DNA of 64,000 nucleotides, taken from NCBI GenBank assembly GCA_964016885.1, contig OZ024741.1, positions 349,680,001-349,744,000 on the forward strand, read 5' to 3'. Positions 14,541 through 27,479 of the stretch are shown here, in pieces. The translations under genes and the position numbers were made by a program. This DNA is from Eledone cirrhosa. Lineage: Eukaryota. The notes under the pieces were generated by a model. It was given only the letters and a program-made list of their open reading frames with translations. It searched no databases and was not told the DNA's origin. Position 1 is the first letter of the stretch. Each line of letters begins with the position of its first letter.

Positions 14541-14821
14541 TCAACAAAATTATATTATATTTGTAAACGCCTTTATATGTATAAGGCGGCAAATTGGCGG
14601 AGTGGTCAGGACGTTGGATAGAATGCTTTCAGATCAATTTTTTCATTTGTATTTCTTTCTTACTTCACACCACACCCCCTCTCTCTCGCTCATACCTGAG
14701 GATGAGTTACGCATTTAAAACAAAAAAAAACGCCCGTGCGACTTCATCAGGATTAACGAAAAATTATATGTGTATGTATGATACGCAAGCATGTATATAT
14801 ATATATATACATGCCTGCGTA

Positions 14822-14938
<117 letters not shown>

Positions 14939-15048
14939 TCTTATAGATACGATATTATGTGAAATAATTATGTAAAATTACCTTTATCTAAAAAATACAA
15001 TAGTAAATATAGAATAATGTAAATGCTAAAGGGTTAATCAAAGCTGAC

Positions 15049-15153
15049 CTGGATCCAAACATCAATAGCACGAACGAAAGAACGGGCATGCAATAGCAGT
15101 GGAGCAAAGAATAGACCAAGCAAGAGCAACACTTTACGCGCAGTGGGCTGCAT
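15049..15153 (-). CDS. Candidate first coding exon of a secreted or membrane protein
   Basis: MQPTARKVLLLLGLFFAPLLLHARSFVRAIDVWIQ (basic n-region, hydrophobic core, V-R-A cleavage-like site) ending at CAG|GTCAGC; unique non-repeat sequence; no further exons identified. Confidence 0.4.
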
Positions 15154-16188
15154 GAGTTATGGCTTATCATGAGTCGGGCCGCTCTGCTAAACAATTCAAA
15201 GGAATTTTGATATTAAGTGTGCCATTCAGAAAACCACACTAGCCGTAGTTTTCCGTGACTGGAAGAGACTATATATGCAAACACAACCACACATGTACAC
15301 ACTATCAGTACTGAAGACGACAGAATATGGTTTGAGAAATATTTGGCTATTTTTTCCAACAGATGAAGCGACTGCATAGAGGACGATATGTTGGCTTCAT
15401 ATATTTGTATATGAGTATAGTTGAACATGTATGTACTGCCTCTCTGTTTTGTTCCCGTTCAATTTTTTACTATATATATATATATATATATATACGTATG
15501 TATGTGTGTGTGTGTGTGTCTATGTCTGTGCGGGCGTGCGCGTGTTTACTCGTGCGCTGCGTATGAATAAAGATAGCGAACACAAAAAAAAAGCAGAAAG
15601 AAGGGGAAGAGTAGACGGAAAGAAAAGAAATGGGAAAGAGTGGTAGTGTGTAGGGGGGGTTCAACAACTGGCGTTTGATGGGGGAATCATTACTCTGTGA
15701 AATGTGTGCTAAAGTCTGGGTTGTTTGGCGTTGTCAAAATTCTCTATTCAGAAGGTAGGGCTGCGTGACTAATAGAGCTACATGTGGCCAGTTTCACATT
15801 TCAATGAATTCGTCTGATCTGTGAAGCGAGCCGACGAGTCGCCATGCGCAACAAGGAATCGTACCTTACACGTAATGTCGTACACCACAGAATTTTATAT
15901 GAACACAAGTACATTCATACAGTGAGAGATGGAGTGTGGAAGAATGGGAGACACGCATACACACGCACACATAAATACAAAGACATACATAGACATTTAT
16001 ATTTAGTCTCCTTGTGAAAGTATATTTATATGTGTGTGTCTGTGTAGGGGCGTGAGTGTGCCAATGTATAGTTACGTGCGTGTGTTTGTGTGCGCATATA
16101 TAGCCCATTTTCTACTTGCCCACCCCTGTTATTGAGTGCTCATTTTTCGTTCGTCACCATTAACATATATATCACTGTGTATGAATGT

Positions 16189-16224
<36 letters not shown>

Positions 16225-16297
16225 TCCTCGGTATTATAGTGGTAAGTATCCCCCACCTGTCACGCGGCAGACCTGGGTTCGATTCCCCGCCGGAGAA
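16225..16297 (+). tRNA. tRNA-Asp(GTC)-derived copy, probably a pseudogene or SINE head
   Basis: TCCTCGGTATTATAGTGGTAAGTATCCCCCACCTGTCACGCGGCAGACCTGGGTTCGATTCCCCGCCGGAGAA; close to the metazoan tRNA-Asp consensus with several stem mismatches; followed by TTTTTT. Confidence 0.8.
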
Positions 16298-16409
16298 GAT
16301 CATTATTTTTGCCAGGTGGTGCTATTAAGTTAGACATGGCCTGGGCCAATAGTGACCGAAACCTTTCAAAGTTATATGTCTGCGTGTGTGTATGTATATA
16401 TATATATAT

Positions 16410-16875
16410 ATCGCCTCCAGCCTCAACCCAAATCCACCCATCCAACCTCCCTCCCACCCACCACTTTTTGTCACCCTACACCCCGACCTTCCTCTCTCCA
16501 GACCTGAGCGGTCCCTCCTCAGCAGGGACCTACTCCGTACCACATACAGCGACGAATTTCGCACTCGAGCAGACATTAAACAGTTCGTGTGCCGCACTAT
16601 ATTGCAGGCATATTCCCATGGCACACCACAGGCTCCGGACCGCTTCCTGACTTTGAGCCGGTGACCATCTCATTGGACGCCAGCACCTGGAAAGTTCAGT
16701 ACGCTGGACATTTTCGTAAACACCTGCCATAGCTTTACGAACCGGTTCAACTTTCATAAACGCTCAAAACAGAGCAATCTCACTCGGGCCGAACTAGCTG
16801 CTCTCCGCTCCTTCCAAAGCCGCGACATCGTGATCAAACCGGCGACTAAGGAAGGTGCCGTGGTAGTGTGGTATG
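16410..16875 (+). mobile_element. Penelope-like element N-terminal fragment
   Basis: NLTRAELAALRSFQSRDIVIKPATKEGAVVVW, a decayed form of the PLE 'IKPADKG' motif; starts at (TA)n. Confidence 0.65.
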
Positions 16876-17542
16876 ACGACATCAAGTTTTGTAGAAAGTT
16901 CCAGCCCCCTAACATTGCACCACAAAGCCCCCACATCAACCTTGGGTTAGTTAGGTGGCCTTTGAAGATGCCTTTTTTGAGACGATTGAATGAAACCTTA
17001 CTGCACAGCAGTGCATGATCCCTGAGATAGCAAGAAGGGCGAAAAGAACGAAAGATTTTGGAATCTTTATGAGATGACATAGTCAATAATGTGTCAATCC
17101 TTTGATCTAGGATGCATCCATACTGTCTAATGGTTTGCACGTTGTTGAAAAGAGCTATTAGTGATGCTAATATCAAATTCTTTGCAGAGTGAAAGCAGTC
17201 TAAGCCCATTTGAGTTCATAGCATTAAATCTAAGAACGTCATGCCATGATTGATAGTCGTTTACAAGTCTAGTATTGAAATCTCCCATTATGATGAGTTT
17301 GTTCTTGTATAGAACAGTGGAGACTATTGTGTGAAGTTGATCATAAAATATTGCGATATCCTGTTCAGATGACTAAAGTTTAGGGCTAACACTAACTCAC
17401 AAGTGTAACAGAATTTTGTTTGCTAGATCCAGACAAAGTGTCGTGATACGGTTACTGACACATTTGGGGAATGATGTTAGGGATATAGCAACATCAGATC
17501 TAATGATAAAACCAACAACAGATTGACGGTAGTCCTCTTCAC

Positions 17543-17655
17543 TGTGTGGCTGAGTGGTTAGAGAATTAGATTCGCAATCGTGAGGTTGGGAGTTCGATTC
17601 CTGGACGGGCTGATGCGTTATGTCCTTGAGCAAGGCACTTTATTTCACGTTGTTC
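17543..17655 (+). mobile_element. Second tRNA-derived SINE family, 5' part
   Basis: GTGGCTGAGTGGTTAG...GAGTTCGATTCC followed by GTCCTTGAGCAAGGCACTTTATTTCACGTTG; related copies at 23025-23240 and 25830-26085. Confidence 0.7.
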
Positions 17656-18248
17656 CTTCTACCTGGAGTTGCAACTGATAGATAGTATTAGCAATTAGAA
17701 AGACCAACGGAAACATTGTTCTCTCGGTCCGATTTGACGAAAGTCGATCGACTGTCGATATATTGAGTGCATTACAGATGGGGGCTGATTTTCGCTCCAG
17801 TCATGAAATGCTGTCCCGGAGTTTTCTAACATTCCAGGAACAAAAATTTAAATTCTTCGTTTTCTTTCGACCACATATTTGAGTGGCACTTTTGAATCAT
17901 AGATAGTATTGATTCGGTGGTCTTCGCGCAGTTTCCGTTTACTAAATTTCACATTCAGCGAAGAGCGAAGGACATGCAAACATTCGTACATTTAGTTCAG
18001 AATTCAGTAGATCAAATTAATTTTAATGTGTATATATATTTATATAAGTTTATTTTTAAAAATGACACCGTGTTGGCGAGAATATATATAAATATAGTAT
18101 CAGTAGAAGAAAATACACATTGTGGCATAAAATGAACACACAGTTGCATTTTACCTCATCAGCCACATTGCTGGCGTGCAATTTCGTGCATTGTGGTGTG
18201 AATTTTCATGCCAGCAAGTGGCTAACGGGTTAAAGATACAGCTATTTA

Positions 18249-18341
<93 letters not shown>

Positions 18342-18427
18342 CAACAGAATAAATCCGCTTCTTAAAACACTGTGTTTCCTCCAAAATATACACAACAAAC
18401 ATATCAAAACAAGTAAATAATTTATTA

Positions 18428-21400
18428 TTGAACAAAACACAAGCTGAACGACTAAAACACATAATAACAGATAATATGAAAAGAACAACATACACAAAAG
18501 TCAACGAACTTTACAGACAGAAACGCATTAACGGTAAGGAAGTCCAAAATCTCACCACACCAAACGAAAGGGATGACTTCATGAGCGTCATCCGACGTGA
18601 AACGAAATACGCCCGAAACGAATGCAATAGGCATTTCAATAAGAAATTAGAATGGATGAATTAGAAAAAACTACAAGAAAGGAAAATAGAATATTCTCAA
18701 AAATACCCAGATAACATCAACAATATCCGTATGACTGATGTAAAACTACCGGAAGAATTTACCAATGACCACACAGTAAATATTTATGGGAACACTTTAA
18801 TCAGTGAACAAGAACAACAAATCCTGCAGCTACCACCAAAATTTGCCATCTACAAAAAGATTAACCCTATTGAGTGCAAAACGGTGCTGGAAAAGTATTT
18901 CATAAAAATACGTTGGAATGCAAAAGTAAACAACAACAACAACAATAATAACGGTAGTAGTAATATAAACAATAACTCTGAGTATAGAAATAACAGCCAT
19001 AACAATAATAATAGCAGGAGAGTGAGAAATAGTAATAATGGTAATAATACTAACGATAGACAGAACAACAATAACAACCACAATAATAATAATAATAGAA
19101 ACATTAACCACAGACACAGCAGCAGCGCCCACAGTAGTAATAACGGTAACAATACGAACAACAACAACAATAACCACAGTGGTAATAATGGAAATAATAC
19201 ATGTAGCAACATTAATGATAGACACAACAAAATCAAGAAACATAATAAAAGTAACAACCACAATGGTAGAAATAACAGTAACAACAACAATAACGGTGAA
19301 GTAAACAACAATACATCTAACAATCATAACAATAATAATAATGCTAATGATAGAAACAACAACAACCACCATGATAACAATAATAGCAACACACACAACT
19401 ATGACGATAGATATAATGACAACCCCTAAGAGAAACTATTTTTCAACCCAGCTGACAAAACATATAAGATGGGTAATATCTATCCTACGAAGTTACCCTT
19501 TAACAAAAGAGTTTGCATACCACAACAAATAGATGACGAGACAGAGGCACAGTTCACCATAGCTAGAAATAAGATTAGACAAATAGTAGACCGGTATACT
19601 AAGAGACAGAGCAGACCAGAGGCCCAACAACTTGGGAGGAAACATGTAGAAGGCTTGGTTAGCCTCAAGCAGCGCACAAGGGATGGTGAGGTAGTATGTC
19701 TACCCACGGATAAGTCTGGTAGGATGTCAATAGATAGCATGCCGAACTACATCAAGGCTATGCAACCCCACATCACCAACACGAGCGAAATTGCGCAGCA
19801 AACACATGATGGGAGAGAGAAAATCCTCAATGCTCACATGATGATGTGGACTGACATCCTAAAGCCAAGCAGACGCACTGCCAACAACTTCCAGGCGTCT
19901 AACAATGGCATACCACCCTTGTATGGGCTCCGCAAAGACCACAAGACAGTCGACGACCCGACAACAGGACCACCAACAAAACCCGTATGCGGAGCTAATG
20001 TAGCTAGTAACTACAGGATCTCCTACTTCCTCTCAATGGTTATACGCCCCATAATCAAGATGTCCCCAGATGTATGTGACAGTACAGAGGACCTCCTCAG
20101 CAGAATCAGTGAGTGCAACAAAAACAGGAACCTATCCAACTGCATAATAGGCAGCATGGATGTGGTGTCACTGTACCCATCCATTAACATTGATTTTGCT
20201 GTGAAAAGATGTGTGGAGATGATCATTGGGAGTGAGGTGGAGTTCTGCGACGTCGACACAGACGAACTGGGCCTCCTACTTAGACTTACCTACGACACTG
20301 ACTACCTAGACAGCCATGACCTCAGATGTTTCTGCCCTAGTAGACCTATAAGAGGTAGACCCCCCACCATAACCTCAATGGCAAAAAAGACTCCCATGGG
20401 AAGGTGGATTGGGTGGACCAAAGCTATACGCCCCCCCCAAAAAAAAACAATGATCAGGTAAGAAAAATGGTCGCACATGCAATAGGGGCTAGTATCAAAA
20501 CTACCCTAAAGGGCCACATATTCAAGTTCAACGAGAAGATCTACACCCAAAATGAGGGAGCAGCCATTGGCGTCAGCATAGCTGGTGATGTTGCCAACCT
20601 TTTCATGGTATGGTGGGAAAGGAGACTTAAAGATCTCCTTAATGAGAGCTCCATAGACCTCATCATGTACTCTCGTTACGTAGACGATATCAATATAGTT
20701 ATAAGAACATCCCCACTAGAGAGCACTAACAAGTTTGATTTAGAACGTAGCACAATGGAAAGCATCCAGCAGATAGCTAATTCCATACACCAGAGTATAA
20801 CTGTAACTATCGACTTCCCTTCCAAACACCCTAACAATAGACTACCTGTATTAGACACGGAACTCTGGATTAACACTATAGACGAGAGAGCCCAAATTCT
20901 CCACTCACACTATGCTAAACCTATGGCCTCCAAATACCTGATACTCAAAGACTCAGCAATGTCCAGTAGTGCTAAGTTTAATATTCTGAGCGCAGATTTG
21001 GTACGAGTGATGAAGAATGTGTCCCGCATGTGCCACCCAACAGAAATGGAAAGACACATCCAACACTTCATCAACCGCATGCAGTTCTCTGGCTACAACC
21101 AAAGAGACAGAGTCAGAGTATACGAAGGAGCCATGGAAAAGTATAAGACCCTCATAGAACTGGACATGAAAGGAATTTGCCCATTATACAGGAGCAAATC
21201 ATGGAATAGCTTAGATAGGGCTAGACATAAGATAGGGAAAGCCACCTCATGGTACGACAACCAGAGATACCAGAGTTTCATGTTTGTGGACACTACCCCT
21301 GGAGGGAAATTAGCGAACCAGTGTAGAAAGGCCCTGAGAAAGACCCACTTAAAGATTAAGGTGGTAGAAAAACCAGGAACCACCATAAAATCCCTGATCA

Positions 21401-21834
21401 GCAAAACCTACCCTTTTAAGAAAACCCACTGTACTAATAGGAAATGTATCATATGTAAGGTAAACCCCCGGATAAACTGTAAAACTAGAAACGTAGTCTA
21501 TAGCATAAGATGTACAGAGGGTACTTGCAGAAACATGACAACAACATACATAGGCGAGACAGCTCGTAGCATAGGTGAAAGGATAGACCAACACTGGGGG
21601 GAACTAAAAGGACGAAAAAACGGGTCAGTACTATACGAACATGCCAGACAACAACACGACGGTAACATAGACAACATAGAAATTAGAATAATATCTAAAC
21701 ATAGAAATGACCCAGCAGATAGGCAAATCAGAGAGGCCAGTGAAATAGAACTTAGAAGGCCAAGACTAAACAGAAAGAATGAATGGAATAACAACAACAC
21801 CCAAACAAACAATACTGACCTAAGAGAAGTATAA
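18428..21834 (+). pseudogene. PLE reverse transcriptase + GIY-YIG endonuclease
   Basis: PTDKSG, PPLYGLRKDHK, SMDVVSLYPSI, GAAIG, YSRYVDD, CxxxxCxxC, VVYSIRC...YIGETARSIGERIDQH. Confidence 0.93.
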
Positions 21835-22082
21835 ATAAATAAATAAATAAATAAATAGATAAATAAATAAATAAATACATACACAAGCACAATAACAACA
21901 AACACATATAAACACACACTAGTTACCCAATCACGAACACACATCAAACAAAACACTATACACACATGCAAACGCATGCGCAAAGAAGACAAAATAAAAA
22001 AACAAACAAACAAATAAATAAATATATAGACAGACTAAATAAAAATGGCGTAGACATACAATGTAACGGGAGGAAACAATAG

Positions 22083-22126
22083 TACCACTGACGATGTTGC
22101 AGATGTGCAACGAAAGAATTTTGATA
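22083..22126 (+). ncRNA. Minimal hammerhead ribozyme in PLE 3' UTR (decayed)
   Basis: UACCA-CUGACGA-u-GUUGCA-gaug-UGCAAC-GAAA-gaau-UU-UGAUA. Confidence 0.65.
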
Positions 22127-22326
22127 AACTATATATATGTGTTTGTGTCTATATTGTATCTGTATTATTTTTGACCGTCGGTCAGTCAATGGCAACATTG
22201 AGGACCGAATAAATTAGATTACCGATATAAAAGACACAGAAGCGAAAAGCGAAAACCAACCAAACAGTGAGTGTGTTCTGTTATTAATTCTGGCAATATT
22301 ACACAAATATGACCCTCCCCAAGTAT

Positions 22327-22370
<44 letters not shown>

Positions 22371-22374
<4 letters not shown>

Positions 22375-22761
22375 TTTTAATATAGATGAGATTCTACAGG
22401 ACTAGAAATGTTTCATTCTTTAGAAATCATCAGGAATCTGGGTATCAAAATAATAAGGATTGGCACGCCATCCTGAACCTGTTTATAGAATTCTTTCTGT
22501 CACTCTAAAAATAAAAATAAACTATAGCTTTGTAGAATTAGCTTTTAATGACCTATACCCATCCCACTCCCCACCCTCTCCTACCACTTGTAGAGACCTA
22601 TATATACCATAATTATTTTTTGATACCCAGATTCCTGATGATTTCTAAAGAATGAAACAGTTCTAGTCCTGTAGAATCTCATCTATATTAAAACTTTTAT
22701 ACTCTGCTATGTATTGAGTACCTTACTTACTGTGGTTACCTCCTATTCAACCCGGAATAAC

Positions 22762-22763
<2 letters not shown>
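22371..22763 (+). mobile_element. Non-coding HHR element with inverted 5' duplication
   Basis: Arms ~22373-22450 / 22618-22696; HHR 22629-22679: AGAUUC-CUGAUGA-uUUC-uaaa-GAAu-GAAA-CAG..CUG-UA-GAAUCU; (TA)n on both sides; tiny fold-back remnant at 24068-24120. Confidence 0.78.
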
Positions 22764-22807
<44 letters not shown>

Positions 22808-22809
<2 letters not shown>

Positions 22810-22993
22810 CGAAGGAAATGTGGTAAGGAACCAGGTGGACCATAACGCACCAAAGTACTCAATACTTGAGGTAGTAGAGTGGGTAATAGGAACCAGTAAG
22901 ACCCCGACAGCTGAGCTCAAGCCGTTTCGACGGCTAATGAATTAGCCGTCGAAACGGCTTGAGCTCAGCTGTCGGGGTCTTACTGGTTCCTAT
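22808..22993 (-). mobile_element. Fold-back of a PLE-type 3' end, perfect 53-bp arms
   Basis: 22886-22938 is the exact reverse complement of 22941-22993 (2-nt spacer); carries the GAAA-stem III-GUC half of an HHR. Confidence 0.75.
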
Positions 22994-23024
22994 ATATATA
23001 TATATATATATATATATCATAATG

Positions 23025-23240
23025 TCGTGGGCTGGATTCCTGGGTTGCGTATTGTTTTCTTGAGCAAAACACTTCATTTCACGTTGCTCCAGTATACTCA
23101 GCTGAAAATGAGTGCCAGCAATAGCTGGGGGTTTAACCCTGCGATGGACTGGCGTCCTGTCCAGAGGGGAGTCTTGTACTCTCAGTCGCTTCACGCCATG
23201 AAACCGTGATAAGCACCGGCCAAATGAGCCCTCTGGCTTA
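23025..23240 (+). mobile_element. SINE, second family
   Basis: TTGAGCAAAACACTTCATTTCACGTTGCTCCAG domain shared with 17543 and 25830. Confidence 0.65.
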
Positions 23241-23955
23241 AGACAAACTTTAGACTTTTTTTTTAGTATAAATACACACACATACACACGTACATACACA
23301 CACATACGCGCGCGTGTGTGTGTGTGTGTGTGTTACGTCCGCCCTCTTGAGCCAACTTCACCAATTTGAGGACGATTATGTAGCGTATCACAGTAACAAG
23401 GACATGGTTATTTATAAATATAACGCCCCCAACTTTTAAGTGGGTAATTCGAATAATTAATCCCCACCATCACCCCAAACTCCATCCCACCCTCACTACT
23501 ATTGCCATCACAGTCTCCTCCACCATCACCACTACTACTAACTCCACCACCACCACCACTACCATACGTTGTCCTTATCCTCCCAGAGGGGATTATTTTT
23601 CAGTCATTTTAAAGCTCTCTGGTAATTTTCCTGTCAGAAGCTCTCGTTTTTTGTTTATCATTTCTTTTTATTGTTGTTGTTGTTGTTGTTTTTGTATTAG
23701 CTGTTGTTGGAGGTGTTGTTGTTGCTGTCGACTTTTGGTGGGGATTTTTTTTCACTCTTTGGTTACAGAAATAGAAATTCGCGGAAGTATTTCATTTATA
23801 TATGTATATTTACATCTTTATCTCCACTGTACACATGCATACGTGTAGGCGCCGGCGCGTATATGTGTATGTGTGGGTGGGTGTGTGTATGTATTTCTGA
23901 ATGCATGCCTGTATTCATATGTAAATGGTTGTACCTTTGCCACTGTGTGTACCTG

Positions 23956-23998
<43 letters not shown>

Positions 23999-24186
23999 TA
24001 GAGAGAGTGAGTGAGAGAGAGTAGGATAATAAGAAGACCTCTAGCTTCTTGGAGTCACGAATATATATATAAAGTTTTAATATAGAAGCTCTTCTATATT
24101 AAAACTTTTATACTCTGCTATATATATATATTAAAATAACAGATTGAAGTTTAAGCAAAGAATCGTTGCTTTCCTTTGACTCTTAC

Positions 24187-24271
<85 letters not shown>

Positions 24272-24278
<7 letters not shown>

Positions 24279-25458
24279 TACTTCGGGAGGGTCATGTTGC
24301 CAATAAGAAACACACGCACCAGTTGCTTTCACTTCAATTTATTATAAATTAAATTTATAAATTTCCGGTTGGTTGGTTGGTTCCACAACCAGATGATTGT
24401 TCATATATTGTTAAAGTTCTTTCGTCACACATTCTGTGACCTCTTCAGTGACTGGGGATTCTTTTCTTTGTTTTTGTGCCTCTCCTTTGTTCTGTCCTAC
24501 GCCATCTTGTTTTTGTGTGTGTTGTGTGCTTAGTTTGCGCATGTGTTACATCCGGGTGTCTGTGTGTGTTTATATTTGTTTATTTATTTATTAGCAATAC
24601 ATACCCTTTTCAAAGACCTCCCTGTATAGATAAGAAATGTATAATCTGTAAATTAAGCCCCCATATTAACTGTAAAACTAGAAATGTAGTATATACCATA
24701 AGATGTACTGAAGGATAATGTAGAGATAAGAATATAGTGTACATAGGTGAGACAGCTCGTAGTATAGGGGAACGGATAAATGAACACTGGCGAGAGCTTC
24801 AAGATAGTAAAGAATCATCTGTACTCCACCAACATGCTAAAATAGAACATAAGGGTAAATTAGAGAACATAGAAATAAAAATAGAATCTACACACAGAAA
24901 AGATGCCATGTTTAGACAAATCACAGAGGCAATAAACATAAATGAACTCCAACCAAAATTAAATAGAAAACATGAATGGAACAGCAACATCACAACTTAA
25001 AATTAAGGACAAAATGAAAAAACACACACACATAGAACAAACAACCAACCAGTAACATGTAAATAAACAAATAAATAAACAAATATAAACGCACACAGAC
25101 ACTCGGATGTAACACATGCGCAAACTAAGCACACAACACACACAAAAACAAGATGGCGTAGGACAGAACAAAGGAGAGGCACAAAAACAAAGAAAAGAGT
25201 CCCCAGTCACTGAAGAGGTCACAGAATGTGTGACGAAAGAACTTTTACAATATATGAACAATCATCTGGTTGTGGAACCAACCAACCAACCGGAAATTTA
25301 TAAATTCCTAAATTTATAAATTTAATTTATAATAAATTGAAGTGAAAGCAACTGGTGCGTGTGTTTCTTATTGGCAACATGACCCTCCCAAAGTATAACA
25401 ATATCGGTTTCAACACACGTTTTCAGATAAAGAATCTTGCTAAACAAATGTAGAAACG

Positions 25459-25460
<2 letters not shown>
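24272..25460 (+). mobile_element. 5'-truncated Penelope-like element with inverted 5' pseudo-LTR
   Basis: GIY-YIG fragment 24590-25000 (VVYTIRC, YIGETARSIGERINEH); 24272-24590 is the reverse complement of ~25075-25398; HHR at 25206-25248 and inverted at ~24410-24452; flanked by (TA)n. Confidence 0.9.
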
Positions 25461-25550
<90 letters not shown>

Positions 25551-25744
25551 CTCCAAGAAGCTAGAGGTCTTCTTTTTTTAATATAAGGAACTGTTTCTCT
25601 GTTTTTATTCATTGTTTAATTTATCTTGACTCTGTTTTCCTGTGATTTTCATCGAAAAAATTTTTGAATATATCTTCTCTTTTTATGATATTTGGATTAC
25701 ATTGAGTTCTTCACACGGATTGGACACAACTGTGTATTTTGGTA

Positions 25745-25829
<85 letters not shown>

Positions 25830-25832
<3 letters not shown>

Positions 25833-26085
25833 GCTTGCAATCGGAAGGTTGTGAGTTCGATTCTCGCACCGGGTGAGCAAGACACTTTATTTCGCGTTGC
25901 TCCAGTTTACTCAACAGTAGAAATGAGTTGCCTTTCCCTTGGAACATCATCGGCGTGGAGAGGGGAGGCTGGTATGCATGGGCGACTGCTGGTCTTCCAC
26001 AAACAACTTTGCCAAGACTTGTGCCTCGCAGGGAAACTTTCTAGGTGCAAATCCCATGGTGATTCGTGACCGTATGGGGTTTTTA
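25830..26085 (+). mobile_element. SINE, second family with a different tail
   Basis: GAGTTCGATTCTC B-box and GAGCAAGACACTTTATTTCGCGTTGCTCCAG; tail fragment recurs at ~62820-62870. Confidence 0.65.
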
Positions 26086-26584
26086 CATACGTGTAATATA
26101 TACGTGTAATATATACGTGTAATATATACGTGTAATATAAAGAGACTTTTATTATGGCTGAGTGGTGAGCATGGTTAATCTGGAGTTTCAGCTATAATAA
26201 ATATATATATATATATATATAATTAATATATATGTATATATATAATATAAACAACGTATCATACACTTAAAGTGACTCCTCCAATATACAATGGTGGCAC
26301 ATAACTGGACCCCCAAACCAATTGTCGCACATACATGTTAAGTGTATGAAACTTTGTTCATACTAAATAAGCTCTCTTGCAACATATTGAGCGCTGTTTC
26401 CCTTGATCTTTTATCTACGGATTTCTACACATATATATATATATATTGAGAGAGAGAGTAGATAGATAAGTATTAATTTGATTAGAATAACAGGAGACCG
26501 GACTGGTGATATCCCTTTATCAACGAAGGATGATTTGCATAACACAGAGTGCTACTATTACATCATGACCAACATATATATATA

Positions 26585-26649
<65 letters not shown>

Positions 26650-26846
26650 TTGTTTGACCCGTTTTTTAGCTTGTTCGCTTTTTTGGCTAAGGCGGTTAAT
26701 GGCTTCTTAACCATCGTCTCAGTTTGTATGACTATTTAAACTTATGTTTATAGCTCTAGTATCTTTATATCCATGGACCGCTTGTCTGCACAATACAGAA
26801 GTTGCGTTTCGTCAATTTCTACCCGCCGAAATGCGATTCTCGCTAA

Positions 26847-26915
<69 letters not shown>

Positions 26916-26922
<7 letters not shown>

Positions 26923-27457
26923 CGTAGTTAAGAAAGCCACAACAATGCAGAGGGAAATCTCGAGGTAGGAAGTGAAAGATAGATAGGAAAAACAGGTGAA
27001 AGTGAAAATTGAGAGAGACAAAGATGAAAGCAAAACAAAGGTAGAAGGGTTACCGTAGTGGAGATTTAATCCCAATATTTCGGGCTCACGCCCATCAACG
27101 GGGGAAAGTTCCAAAAGGGGGGGAACAGGCCAAGCGGAGAAAGTTGTGATGTCGTTAAGACAGGAATGCCGTCTTAACGACATCACAACTTTCTCCGCTT
27201 GGCCTGTTCCCCCCCTTTTGGAACTTTCCCCCGTTGATGGGCGTGAGCCCGAAATATTGGGATTAAATCTCCACTACGGTAACCCTTCTACCTTTGTTTT
27301 GCTTTCATCTTTGTCTCTCTCAATTTTCACTTTCACCTGTTTTTCCTATCTATCTTTCACTTCCTACCTCGAGATTTCCCTCTGCATTGTTGTGGCTTTC
27401 TTAACTACGTATTTTACACATTTCACAATGCTTCAAGCAAACTTTAACACCCTCTTA
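26916..27457 (+). repeat. 246-bp inverted repeat (fold-back element) in (TA)n
   Basis: Arms 26916-27161 and 27171-27416, 9-nt spacer; the ORF track gives the same peptide from both strands; HHR-like fold at 27227-27262. Confidence 0.92.
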
Positions 27458-27479
27458 TATATATATATATAAATAAATA

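Larger units (their letters stand above)
18340..22330 (+). mobile_element. Penelope-like retroelement, near full length
   Basis: One long ORF broken by stops (18662, 19427) and a frameshift at the polyC/polyA run ~20431-20447; both ends in (TA)n. Confidence 0.93.

Noticed and set aside
24030-25575. 25-bp inverted match (24031-24055 / 25550-25574) bracketing the PLE as possible TIRs
   Set aside because: Separated from the PLE by TA tracts and other inserts; more simply two fragments of another small TA-targeting family.
26812-27472. Two 'identical genes' on opposite strands
   Set aside because: A consequence of the palindrome; the peptide has no recognisable features.
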